DNA of 64,000 nt from a virus (taxonomy: Duplodnaviria; Caudoviricetes): IMG/VR virus record IMGVR_UViG_3300025437_000009. One strand, written 5' to 3'. The notes below the pieces were generated by a model. It worked only from the letters and a program-made list of their open reading frames with translations, searched no databases and was not told the DNA's origin. A program made the position numbers and the translations under genes. This document shows positions 19,059 through 27,935 of this stretch, piece by piece; positions within the stretch are counted from its first letter, which is position 1; each line of letters starts with the position of its first letter.

Positions 19059-19529
19059 CTATCCAAATATAATCGAGAATGCCACTGCTGCACTCTTGGT
19101 TGCTAATTCTTGTTGGGTTCCGTTGGTGTTATCTACGTATAACCCAGACTTACCACTAGATACAGTTCCAGTATAAAGGGTTACAGTATTAGCAGTATCA
19201 AATAAACTTATACCAGTAATGTTAATATTACCAAACGTTGCACCTGCGGTTAAAATATTACCGTAGGTAGTACCATTATTTGTCAACTGCCAACTGCTGG
19301 ATGCTTCGTTCCAACGGATAGCTACGTTAGCAGGTCCTGTGGGACGAACTACACCAATAGTTGCATTTAAATTCACCGCTGAATTGGTATTAAACAGTAA
19401 CACATCATCAGCATTAACTGTAGCACTATTAATAGTAGTGGTATTACCAACAACGTTTAAGTTACCATGAATTGTCATGGTGGGAACATAAACATCATAC
19501 GTATCCGGAATTCGCTTTACTGTTGCCAT
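19059..19529 (-). CDS. Virion structural protein
   Basis: 156 aa, with a late promoter at 19552-19558. Confidence 0.65.
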   Translation of the reverse strand: MATVKRIPDTYDVYVPTMTIHGNLNVVGNTTTINSATVNADDVLLFNTNSAVNLNATIGVVRPTGPANVAIRWNEASSSWQLTNNGTTYGNILTAGATFGNINITGISLFDTANTVTLYTGTVSSGKSGLYVDNTNGTQQELATKSAAVAFSIIFG

Positions 19530-19584
19530 TGTAAAAACCCTAATTTAGTAGTATTTATGCTCGAATACAGATCGTGTTTTCAAT

Positions 19585-19610
19585 AAAAAACCCGCCGGCG
19601 GCGGGTTTTT
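19585..19610 (-). terminator. Intrinsic terminator
   Basis: AAAAAACCCGCC-GGC-GGCGGGTTTTT downstream of 19626-20084. Confidence 0.85.
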
Positions 19611-19625
19611 GTATGCTCAATTTAA

Positions 19626-20084
19626 TTAAGCGTATGCTACTTGTACAAATCCTGTTACACCTGCTGCTGCATCAACACGATATGTATTACTTGTTGTTGC
19701 TGTAGCTAAATGATAACGATATTTGTTACCAGAAAAATCATATACCCAACGATTTGTAATACGACTAGCGTAAAAAGTTGTTGTATCTGCTTTGGTGCAC
19801 AAAATAGTCATTTGACCAGTACCAGTAATACTACTTACTAAGGTAGCCACAGCTTTACTAGTACCATCTGATACTAGAAATTTGTGTGTACCTTTTTGAC
19901 GTAAGATTGACCCAGATAGTGAACCATTGCCGATGCTAACAGTTGGATTAATTTGACGGCCAGTTTGGCTTGTTAGACCGCCTGTACCGCCAAGGTAAGC
20001 ACCACTGAGATACTCTGGACCAGTATAACGGTCAACTAATTGACCGCTTACTGAGTTGGTTTTTGTAATTTTTAGTTTTGCCAT
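19626..20084 (-). CDS. Putative head decoration/outer capsid protein, paralog B
   Basis: Paralogous to 20100-20879 (MAKLKI-KT, LR-KG-HKFL-SDGT, AS--TNRWVYDF, GFVQ). Lies near the capsid gene. Function is inferred. Confidence 0.5.
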   Translation of the reverse strand: MAKLKITKTNSVSGQLVDRYTGPEYLSGAYLGGTGGLTSQTGRQINPTVSIGNGSLSGSILRQKGTHKFLVSDGTSKAVATLVSSITGTGQMTILCTKADTTTFYASRITNRWVYDFSGNKYRYHLATATTSNTYRVDAAAGVTGFVQVAYA

Positions 20085-20099
20085 TTGTAACTATTCCAA

Positions 20100-20879
20100 T
20101 TAAACTGCATCAGGAATCTGTACAAAACCTACGTAGCCACTTGCTGCATCTTTTACATAAGTGTTAGCTGTTGTTGGTAATTGGCTCCAATAACGATACT
20201 TGTTACGGTTGTTGTAACCATCGTTACCAAAATCGTATACCCAACGGTTTGTCAACTTGCTAGCAAAGAAGCCAACTTCCATTGGAGCACCTACAGTAGC
20301 ATTTGCTGCTGTAACTGTCTGTGAAGTAAAGCCAATTGTTACGTTACCATATGCTACGCCGTTAATTGTTGTGTTGGAATTAATAGCGGTAATAGTTACG
20401 TTACCGTTGATACCTGTGTTCATAACTTTTGCACCAACTACAAAACCAGTTGTGCCGCTTGGTGCTGCGTTTGCTGCTGCTAAACTATATGTCATGTATG
20501 TACTTGTTGCGGCACTACCTTGTGCTGTTACGTTAGCCCAGTATGTTACACCAGTATAAACTGGAACTGAAGCTTGGCCAGGACCGCCATCTGGTACCAT
20601 ACTGTTTACTAGAGTACAAATTTTACTTGTTGTACCATCAGAACATAAAAACTTATGCTCGCCTTTAGCACGTAACAAGCTAGCATTAGTTGGACCATTG
20701 CCTGTATTTGCTTGAGCGTGGATTTGTGGACCGCCTTGTGTATAAACACCGCCAACTGAACCAGGGTAAGAAGTAATACCACCACTAGTGATTTGCTCTG
20801 GACCTGTGTGTTGATCTGTACGTGTTGTACCTGTACCTGTGTTACCTGTAGGTGTTTTACTGATTTTTAGTTTTGCCAT
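20100..20879 (-). CDS. Putative head decoration/outer capsid protein, paralog A
   Basis: I prefer ATG 20879 (MAKLKISK) over 20900 because SD AAGGAG precedes it and the paralog starts the same way. Confidence 0.5.
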   Translation of the reverse strand: MAKLKISKTPTGNTGTGTTRTDQHTGPEQITSGGITSYPGSVGGVYTQGGPQIHAQANTGNGPTNASLLRAKGEHKFLCSDGTTSKICTLVNSMVPDGGPGQASVPVYTGVTYWANVTAQGSAATSTYMTYSLAAANAAPSGTTGFVVGAKVMNTGINGNVTITAINSNTTINGVAYGNVTIGFTSQTVTAANATVGAPMEVGFFASKLTNRWVYDFGNDGYNNRNKYRYWSQLPTTANTYVKDAASGYVGFVQIPDAV

Positions 20880-20893
20880 TTTATTTCTCCTTT

Positions 20894-20964
20894 GCCCCAT
20901 GGGCGTTAGCGTTCTAGGCTATCCGGAGTGGTGCTCCGAAAGTTACTCTTGTGAGTGAACACTA
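20894..20964 (-). promoter_or_regulatory. Structured 5' leader (three-way junction) after a late promoter at 20966-20972
   Basis: P1 TAGTGTTC/GAACGCTA, P2 ACTC-ACAA-GAGT, P3 CGGAG-CACCA-CTCCG, then GCCC-ATG-GGGC just before the SD. Confidence 0.55.
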
Positions 20965-21840
20965 TTATTTATCAATTTGGGTATAAAGATAGTCAGCCCA
21001 AAGTTGGTGACCTGCAGGGTTGGGATGGCAAGTACTGCCTTTAAGATTATAAGGACTGGCACCAAGAAATTGCCATCGGTTACCGACACGTTCCATAATA
21101 TCTAAAAATTCTATCTTGCGGTCTGGATTATTTTTAATAAATTTTTCAGTCAGAGGGTTAATTGACATTTGTGCAATAAACGGCACGGGCTTTTGATAGT
21201 TTGAAAAATTAAAATTATCTTGTATTATATCACACCATGTTTTGTCTAACAACCAAGGTCTTGTTTGCCAGCTGTCAGTAAATGCGCGACTAACAATCGG
21301 TACCACAGGAACTGTATCAAAATAACTTTGTAAATTATCAAACAAGTAGTTTTCTACTGCTACCAAAAATTTGTTTAGGTTGGCACTCTCTTCCCAAAAT
21401 TTTTGATAAGTTGGTAAAACTTGTATGCGTCTGGTATATTCAGCTTCCCTGAGATCTTCTGTTAGAGTAACCACAAGATAGATTTTTTTATAACGACTGT
21501 TTTGTATAATCGGCTGTATATCCTGTAACTTTTCTAACATCCAATAGTTACTGCATCCTGGGCGAGCTAGATTAACCCAATCAGAATTCAATTTATCTGC
21601 TAGCAATCGACCAAATATTTGAGTAAGTCTAACAGGATCATCTGACGCTTGATTCCAATCTATGTTGCCTAGGTGATCACCCCAAGTCCACGAGTCGCCT
21701 ACTGTTAGTAATAGTGTATCTTGGTCCTGTATATCTTCTGAATACCAACACCTAAATGTTTCCATGCGATTGGGGTCATAGTCCTGCTGTTTGTGATCTA
21801 TACTTTGATCAAAAGAAAGTGTATTGTAAAATTTAAACAT
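20965..21840 (-). CDS. SGNH/GDSL-fold hydrolase or acyltransferase-like protein
   Basis: Block I TVGDSWTWG, NLARPGCSN, and C-terminal HPNPAGH. Confidence 0.7.
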   Translation of the reverse strand: MFKFYNTLSFDQSIDHKQQDYDPNRMETFRCWYSEDIQDQDTLLLTVGDSWTWGDHLGNIDWNQASDDPVRLTQIFGRLLADKLNSDWVNLARPGCSNYWMLEKLQDIQPIIQNSRYKKIYLVVTLTEDLREAEYTRRIQVLPTYQKFWEESANLNKFLVAVENYLFDNLQSYFDTVPVVPIVSRAFTDSWQTRPWLLDKTWCDIIQDNFNFSNYQKPVPFIAQMSINPLTEKFIKNNPDRKIEFLDIMERVGNRWQFLGASPYNLKGSTCHPNPAGHQLWADYLYTQIDK

Positions 21841-22822
21841 TGAAGACTTCTAATATTTTTGAATCATACGGTATAGTATTAATACACCGTTGATTATGTT
21901 CAAATACCGCATAATTTTCTTTGTAGAGTTTATCTAAATCTAATTCTAGTAATTTTAAAAACTCTTGCTGTACCGCGGCAAATCTTTGATCTGCATCTTC
22001 TATTGAATCAAAACTGTAGTCAATGAAGTTAACCAGTTTAAATCCCATATCCACCAATCTTTGTATTGAGCCAGGATTAGTAAATGGTAGTATAGCATGC
22101 CCTTTGATTAGTGGCTCAAATGTTTTTTCTGTGATGTGTATTAAATCTCGCTGTGTGCAATTACTTTCTACATAGGTACTAAAATAACTATCTTCATAAA
22201 AACTATTTGATACTGGACTGTATGCTCCCATAACCTGATGATCTTCTAAGGTAATACCACGTGTCCTATTAGATACATAGCCATTGGAACTATGTTCCAG
22301 TATAAATTCATAGTAAGGTTTTCGATAGCCATACTCACGTCCTAGCATACTTAAAAATTTTTTAGATCGTAGATACGATGAATCTAGTCTAATAGATTTA
22401 TATTTGCCTTGACTGTAATGGTGCAAGTGTTTGTGTGAAGGAATGGGCTCTGTATAGTAGGCTTTGACACGATTCCACATAAAATCCCAGGGTATAATTT
22501 TTACAGTTGGGCCCATATCTAATTTAGGACTTTGATTAACTGTTAGGTATACCTTACAGGGATGATCAAATGACCAGACAAATTGTTTAAATCGATTATG
22601 ATCATAATCGCTGGTGTTGACTAAATCATAAAACACCACAACCTCTTTAGATTTAGCGATGGTGGTAGTATCGTTTAACCAAGTTGGACCATGTGTGTTG
22701 TAGTGGTCGTTCAAAGGAAAAAAATAATAACGATCCGTTATCATAGTACTGGCGTCATAGCCTAGCAAACTTAAATGATAAGGAATATCGTCGCCTTCAA
22801 TTCCGCGGATATTTTTGATCAT
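21833..22822 (-). CDS. Glycosyltransferase-like protein (C-terminus resembles the GT10 donor-binding region)
   Basis: YFSTYVESN...ITEKTFEPL..GH-ILPF...G-I-RL---GF..IDYSFD. Confidence 0.4.
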   Translation of the reverse strand: MIKNIRGIEGDDIPYHLSLLGYDASTMITDRYYFFPLNDHYNTHGPTWLNDTTTIAKSKEVVVFYDLVNTSDYDHNRFKQFVWSFDHPCKVYLTVNQSPKLDMGPTVKIIPWDFMWNRVKAYYTEPIPSHKHLHHYSQGKYKSIRLDSSYLRSKKFLSMLGREYGYRKPYYEFILEHSSNGYVSNRTRGITLEDHQVMGAYSPVSNSFYEDSYFSTYVESNCTQRDLIHITEKTFEPLIKGHAILPFTNPGSIQRLVDMGFKLVNFIDYSFDSIEDADQRFAAVQQEFLKLLELDLDKLYKENYAVFEHNQRCINTIPYDSKILEVFNV

Positions 22823-23504
22823 AGAATTCTTTTAATATTTCTGCTATACGTTTGTGACCAAGTATATTAGGATGGAATAACTTACCGGTAAAATATTCAT
22901 TTGTTCTTATTGTTGGTATACTGTATTCTTGTCCTGCCAGTGCTTGAGTAATTGTTGTTGGGTATATTAGATCCTTATATAGTACATGACCAAAGTTATC
23001 AGTTGTTAACTGATCAAAGTAACTAAAGAAGATACAGTCAATTTCGTTGTATTGACAAAACTGCTGAAATTGAAATATAGCCTGACAAGCAAGAAATTCG
23101 TTATATACAGAATCTTCAACTAATCGATAGGTTTGTTGCGCATAGTTATTAAATTGTGGTACTATTTCCGGAGGTCGACCACTTGGATGTATATTACTAG
23201 TTTTGTAAACTGCTTCGGGTGTTATGTTTACAAATTCTTGATCAGCATTACTATAACTCAGATACCGTGTTAGTCCAGATAGTCCAACAGCAAAAATAGT
23301 CTGACGATCCGAATCGTAATGATTCTTAATAAAATCAAATAGTTGTACTACTAAATGACCAATGCTACTAGCCGGCTTTCCCATATTAAGAGATTCTGCA
23401 TCAAGTGCATTGGCTAAGTGTACTGGCCAAGGTCTCTCACGTGGAATATCTAATTCTGAGCCAAATGTCCAACTATCGCCAAATGATACCAATAACGTTT
23501 TCAT
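22797..23504 (-). CDS. SGNH/GDSL-fold protein
   Basis: SFGDSWTFG, NMGKPASS, and C-terminal FHPNILGH. Confidence 0.7.
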   Translation of the reverse strand: MKTLLVSFGDSWTFGSELDIPRERPWPVHLANALDAESLNMGKPASSIGHLVVQLFDFIKNHYDSDRQTIFAVGLSGLTRYLSYSNADQEFVNITPEAVYKTSNIHPSGRPPEIVPQFNNYAQQTYRLVEDSVYNEFLACQAIFQFQQFCQYNEIDCIFFSYFDQLTTDNFGHVLYKDLIYPTTITQALAGQEYSIPTIRTNEYFTGKLFHPNILGHKRIAEILKEFYDQKYPRN

Positions 23505-23535
23505 ACTGTATTTAAAGTATATTGTATCTAGCCAA

Positions 23536-23560
23536 CAAAAAAGGACCTTTCGGTCCTTTT
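23536..23560 (-). terminator. Intrinsic terminator after the major capsid gene
   Basis: Minus strand AAAAGGACC-GAAA-GGTCCTTTTTTG. Confidence 0.9.
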
Positions 23561-23623
23561 CTGCCTTCCCATCCCTGGGATGATTTGTTGTTTTAACTTT
23601 CGTTAAATCAAGTTCAGTCTTGA

Positions 23624-24802
23624 TTATTGGAAAGATAAGTTTGCAACTGCAATCTCACCAACGTAGTCACCAGCGTTACCTAGAGATGACGCTGTGTTTG
23701 TTAACTCAACATAACCATAACGTGTCATGAAGCTAACTACTGGTTCGAATGTAGCTGGGTCAAGAACAACACCAGAGCTCATCAATGGGATATATGGGCA
23801 ATAGAACGCAGCTGCATCAGCTTCGCTTGAACCCTTATAACCAACTAAAACAGCTTGGCTGTCGTTTGCATAACCGTCAACATAAATCTTCATTGCACCG
23901 TTCAATGTACCAACAAACTTAGTGTTTGTAGGTGCTTCGAATGTACCTTCTGTTGTACGAGCAAATGCAGATGTTGTAGCACTTTGTAGTACTGTTAATG
24001 AAGCTGGGGAAACAACTGCCCAGTTACCAGCACCACGACGTGTACGCTGAGCGATCAAGTTAGCTGTACGATTGATTAGAACAGCTAAAGCAGCGTGCTC
24101 ATCACCAACGAATGTAGCTGTACCAGATACTGCAGCTTGGTCAAATGTGTAATCAGTTGCAGCAAGAGCACGTAAAGAACCAAGAATCTCTTGATCGATC
24201 TCAACTGTGATCTCTTGAGCTAAAGCAGCCATAATTTCAGCTTCAACATCCAAACCGTGCATAGACTGAGCGTCTTGAGCGGCTTCAAATGTCCAACGAG
24301 CTGATAACTTACGTGTCTTAGCTTCAACAACTTGTTTCAAGATTTGAACGTTGATACGGTTACCAGCAATACCTTCTAAAGAAGCTGTGCTTGTAGCTTG
24401 ACCAGTAGTGTTGCTACCAGAGTATGCTGTTGCAATCTTGAATGGTGATAATGCTTCGTCACCAGCTTGTGTGCTTGTTGCGTATGCACTTGAGTCAGTT
24501 ACTGAATCAGCATAACGTACACGTAGTGTATGAATCTGAGCAACTGGACCTGTCATTGGTTGAACACCAACGATTTCGTTAGCAATAACAGTTGGCATAA
24601 CACGACGAATAACTGGAAGAATTACACGGTTAAGTGTAGCTACGTTACCAGCTTGTGTTGAACCTGCTGTTGCATTTTCTGCTAACATTTTACGGGTGTT
24701 TTCTAAGATTACACCCATTGTTGTACGACGACTACCGTTCAAGCCTTCTAACAGAGCTTCTTTGGTCTCGCCCCAACGGCTTTCTAATAATGCTTGTGTC
24801 AT
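23624..24802 (-). CDS. gp23: Major capsid protein, T4 gp23-like
   Basis: RRVMPTVIANEIVGVQPMTGPVAQIHTLR, EAKTRKLSARWTFEAAQD, EAEIMAALAQEITVEIDQEI, AAFYCPYIPL and FMTRYG motifs. Confidence 0.97.
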   Translation of the reverse strand: MTQALLESRWGETKEALLEGLNGSRRTTMGVILENTRKMLAENATAGSTQAGNVATLNRVILPVIRRVMPTVIANEIVGVQPMTGPVAQIHTLRVRYADSVTDSSAYATSTQAGDEALSPFKIATAYSGSNTTGQATSTASLEGIAGNRINVQILKQVVEAKTRKLSARWTFEAAQDAQSMHGLDVEAEIMAALAQEITVEIDQEILGSLRALAATDYTFDQAAVSGTATFVGDEHAALAVLINRTANLIAQRTRRGAGNWAVVSPASLTVLQSATTSAFARTTEGTFEAPTNTKFVGTLNGAMKIYVDGYANDSQAVLVGYKGSSEADAAAFYCPYIPLMSSGVVLDPATFEPVVSFMTRYGYVELTNTASSLGNAGDYVGEIAVANLSFQ

Positions 24803-24827
24803 GATATTTCCTCTTTCCTTTTAGGGT

Positions 24828-25943
24828 TTATTTAAGCCCTGCTAAACGTTTCATTTCATAAACGTTTGACATTACGTCAGCGGCTTGTGAACTTTCAACG
24901 GCAGTTTTAGCAGTTTTATCACCAGTAACTTCTACACGGCTCTCTGTCAAAGCAACCTTAGCGGCTGGCTTAGTAACAGGGGAGTTGTTTAGAACTGCTG
25001 GTAGATACTTTTCGTATGCACTCTGAAGACGATCAGTTTGCACACTCTCGAGTAGGTCACGCATAATTGCTGACTTCTCTTTGTTCAAAGGCTTCAACAT
25101 TTCTGCAAGTTTTTCTTTGCGTTCTGCTGACTCTTTGATAATTTTTATTTCTGTTTCTTTTGATTCAACTAGAGCTTTCTTTTCTTCAATTGCTGATACT
25201 GCTTCAGACAATTTAGCGGTTACAGTCTCGACTTGAGCTTGTAACGCACGGATTTGCTTGTTCTCATTTAAATGAGTACCTGCAAACTCGCTGGCGAATG
25301 CTTCGAACAGACGACGACCAAACATGTTCTCGCGAGCAATTTGGATATCTTCTTTTAGTTGAGTCAGTTCTGACTCTAACGAATTGGTTACGGCCTCTTT
25401 AACAGCTTCAGCAGATTGCTTAATGAATTTGGCTTGTAGTTCAGCTAATTTAGCTTTACCTTCTGCAACTAGACGAACCTTAGTTTCCACTACGGCTTTC
25501 TTGTCTTGTTCAAATTCTTGAATTTCTTCTGCTAATGCACGCATTGTAAATGACTCGAGTTTGCCAATGGCATTCTCGTATGTCTTACGATCCGCACGTA
25601 GTTCTTTAATTTCTTCTGATAATTTACTTACCATGAAACTATTGAACTTGCTGGCTGATTCAATCATGTGCTGTTTAAATGCAACACGGTCTTCAGCTAA
25701 TTGTTGTTTTTCGTCTGCAAACTCTTTAAGTTCAGCAGTGAGAGACTCTGTTACCATTTTGTCTAGAGCTTCAACCATTACTTGCTTGTCATGTTGATAA
25801 CGTTGAGCAAATTCTTCGCGTAATTCTGCACGAACTTGTTCTTTGGCTTCAGTAATGCGTGATTCCCAAGCTTCAGCAATAGCTTGCTTGGTATCTTCAT
25901 TAATGATTCCGTTATCCAACAATGGTTTGATAGCATCTAACAT
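24828..25943 (-). CDS. Prohead core scaffold protein, gp22-like
   Basis: Long coiled-coil, E/K-rich, lying between protease and capsid genes. Confidence 0.8.
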   Translation of the reverse strand: MLDAIKPLLDNGIINEDTKQAIAEAWESRITEAKEQVRAELREEFAQRYQHDKQVMVEALDKMVTESLTAELKEFADEKQQLAEDRVAFKQHMIESASKFNSFMVSKLSEEIKELRADRKTYENAIGKLESFTMRALAEEIQEFEQDKKAVVETKVRLVAEGKAKLAELQAKFIKQSAEAVKEAVTNSLESELTQLKEDIQIARENMFGRRLFEAFASEFAGTHLNENKQIRALQAQVETVTAKLSEAVSAIEEKKALVESKETEIKIIKESAERKEKLAEMLKPLNKEKSAIMRDLLESVQTDRLQSAYEKYLPAVLNNSPVTKPAAKVALTESRVEVTGDKTAKTAVESSQAADVMSNVYEMKRLAGLK

Positions 25944-25955
25944 TGGATATTTCTC

Positions 25956-26594
25956 CTATAATTTTAAATCTTTGATTAGGGCTTCGATGCCCTGTTTCAG
26001 GTACTTCTGTACTTTTTGATCTTGAGCGGCTTCACGTGCCGTTTCAAATACCTGTTGTCCGCCACGCATATTCATCAAGCCTTCATAGATGGCTTTAGGA
26101 TAAGCATGAGGAGCACTAGGTTGTGCTACGATGTCAACGGTAATGATTTCAAAATCACTAACGTGTCCACTTCCTTCGTTTACCTGACCTGATCCACGTG
26201 AGCTAACACCTAGCTTAACACCACTTGTTAACATGGCTTCAACTAGTTGTCCCATTGGGGTAGGTAATATTGATAGTTCACCGAAACCGCAAGGGCCATC
26301 CATCCACATTTTGTCGATTTTATGGCTTACACGATCTAAGTTAATTTTTAGGTCATCTGGATGATCTACTTCGCCTAAGACAGAGTAGCCACCTTTGATT
26401 TGTTCATTAATAGTAGAGACAGCTTTTTCAATTTCATGAACGGGATAAACACGTTGGTTAGCGTTCTTTACGCCGCCCTCGATGAATATCCCTTTCATTT
26501 TCAGAGTCTTACCTTTCCCGTCGGCACGGTCTAATGCTTCAACAACAAGACCGGCCCGGTCGAATGATAAAGTCTCTTTTAGGTACAAAGCCAT
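25956..26594 (-). CDS. gp21: Prohead protease, gp21-like
   Basis: NANQRVYP, LGEVDHP, INLDRVSH, TPMG, GVSSRGSG, VDIVAQPSAP-AY motifs. Confidence 0.95.
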   Translation of the reverse strand: MALYLKETLSFDRAGLVVEALDRADGKGKTLKMKGIFIEGGVKNANQRVYPVHEIEKAVSTINEQIKGGYSVLGEVDHPDDLKINLDRVSHKIDKMWMDGPCGFGELSILPTPMGQLVEAMLTSGVKLGVSSRGSGQVNEGSGHVSDFEIITVDIVAQPSAPHAYPKAIYEGLMNMRGGQQVFETAREAAQDQKVQKYLKQGIEALIKDLKL

Positions 26595-26612
26595 TTTGTG
26601 TTCCCTAATCTA

Positions 26613-27584
26613 TTAACGTACACGTCCGCCGATTTCAGATTTCTTATTAACAGAAACCTTACCGTCTTTAGCTGCACCAACCTTTTCACCTGTTTCGCTG
26701 TCGCCGTTTTTCTCAGCGCCATGACCTGCAGGTTCAGCTTTTAGCTTTTTGTCGCCGCCAGGTGTATTACCTACGTTACCGATCAATTTGCCTTCGCCTT
26801 TACTGTATTCATTGCTTGGCTTTTCAATTGGCTTACCATCTGGAGCTTGTTCAGCACCTTTGAAGTCAACTGACTCACCACCAAAATCAGCACCAGGACC
26901 TACTGAACCAGGCTTCTTGTTTACGGCAACACGCTTGCTGTCGCCACCGCCAACTTTAGTACCTTCTTCAGCGTCACCAGGACCGCCATAAATATCACCG
27001 ATTTGGTCTACGTATTCACGCATGATTTCAGAAGTAGATTTTTTGTACTGCTTGGATTCAGTCTTTTTGCCTTTTGGCTCTTTAGATTCTTCCTCTTCCT
27101 CTTCTTCCTCTTCTTCAGAGGCTTCCATCATGGACTCTTCTTCCATATCTGCTGCGCTATCAAACTCAGCTGGCTCAGTGTCCATTTCATCGGAGTGTTC
27201 TTCGTGACCCATGATTTCATCAAACTTAGCTAGCAACTCGTCTAACTTAGCATCAATGTTCATCACTTGATCTTCAATTTCTTCATGCTCTTCAGATTCT
27301 TCATCGTGGCCGACCATTTCGTCGCCCATTTCATTGTGATCAGCATCAAGATCAAATTCTTCTTCACCTTCTTCATCTTCCATGTGTGCTTCTTCATCAC
27401 TCACTTCGTGTGTTAGGCTTTCTACGTTGTCAGCAGCATGTACTTTCTCTTCCATGTGCTCTTCGTCCATGATAGATTCATAAATGTCGCGACTCTTTTC
27501 TACTACGATATCGTGAAATAATTCACGTGCTTTTTGATCTTCATCATTAATGATAAATTCAATTAATTTTTCAAACTTGTTCAT
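26613..27584 (-). CDS. Highly acidic prohead core/internal protein (gp67/68-like position)
   Basis: E/D-rich with a poly-E run. Late promoter GTAAATA at 27617-27623. Confidence 0.6.
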   Translation of the reverse strand: MNKFEKLIEFIINDEDQKARELFHDIVVEKSRDIYESIMDEEHMEEKVHAADNVESLTHEVSDEEAHMEDEEGEEEFDLDADHNEMGDEMVGHDEESEEHEEIEDQVMNIDAKLDELLAKFDEIMGHEEHSDEMDTEPAEFDSAADMEEESMMEASEEEEEEEEEESKEPKGKKTESKQYKKSTSEIMREYVDQIGDIYGGPGDAEEGTKVGGGDSKRVAVNKKPGSVGPGADFGGESVDFKGAEQAPDGKPIEKPSNEYSKGEGKLIGNVGNTPGGDKKLKAEPAGHGAEKNGDSETGEKVGAAKDGKVSVNKKSEIGGRVR

Positions 27585-27680
27585 GAGAACTCCTTATAAA
27601 TGTGGCTTTGTAAAGTTATTTACACAAAACTACGTATATAATAGTTAAATAGGTGTTTTTTGAAGGATTTTACAGAAAGA

Positions 27681-27914
27681 TTACAGGCCCAATGCACCTG
27701 CACCAGCTTCTGGGGCTGGTTGATACTGTTTTGATATGGATTTGAGCTTTTTTTCGTGCTCTAATTTCTTAACGTCATGACTACGTCTTAACTGATTCAA
27801 GTGTGCCAAAGTCAAGCGAGTTTTACGACTATCGTCCATTTTAAGAACCGACTGATCGTCTTTTTCGCTGTAGTAGCCTGCTGGGGCTTGGTCAAACATC
27901 TCAGTAATATTCAT
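27681..27914 (-). CDS. Small head-assembly protein (hypothetical)
   Basis: 77 aa between the portal and core genes, with GTAAATA 5 nt upstream of the ATG. Confidence 0.65.
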   Translation of the reverse strand: MNITEMFDQAPAGYYSEKDDQSVLKMDDSRKTRLTLAHLNQLRRSHDVKKLEHEKKLKSISKQYQPAPEAGAGALGL

Positions 27915-27935
27915 ACTACTATTTACCGTTTTAGT

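Noticed and set aside
23740-23755. GGTTCGAAT resembling a tRNA T-loop
   Set aside because: It lies inside the capsid gene with no surrounding cloverleaf.
27095-27125. (TCTTCC)n-like low-complexity run
   Set aside because: It simply encodes the poly-Glu tract of the acidic prohead protein.
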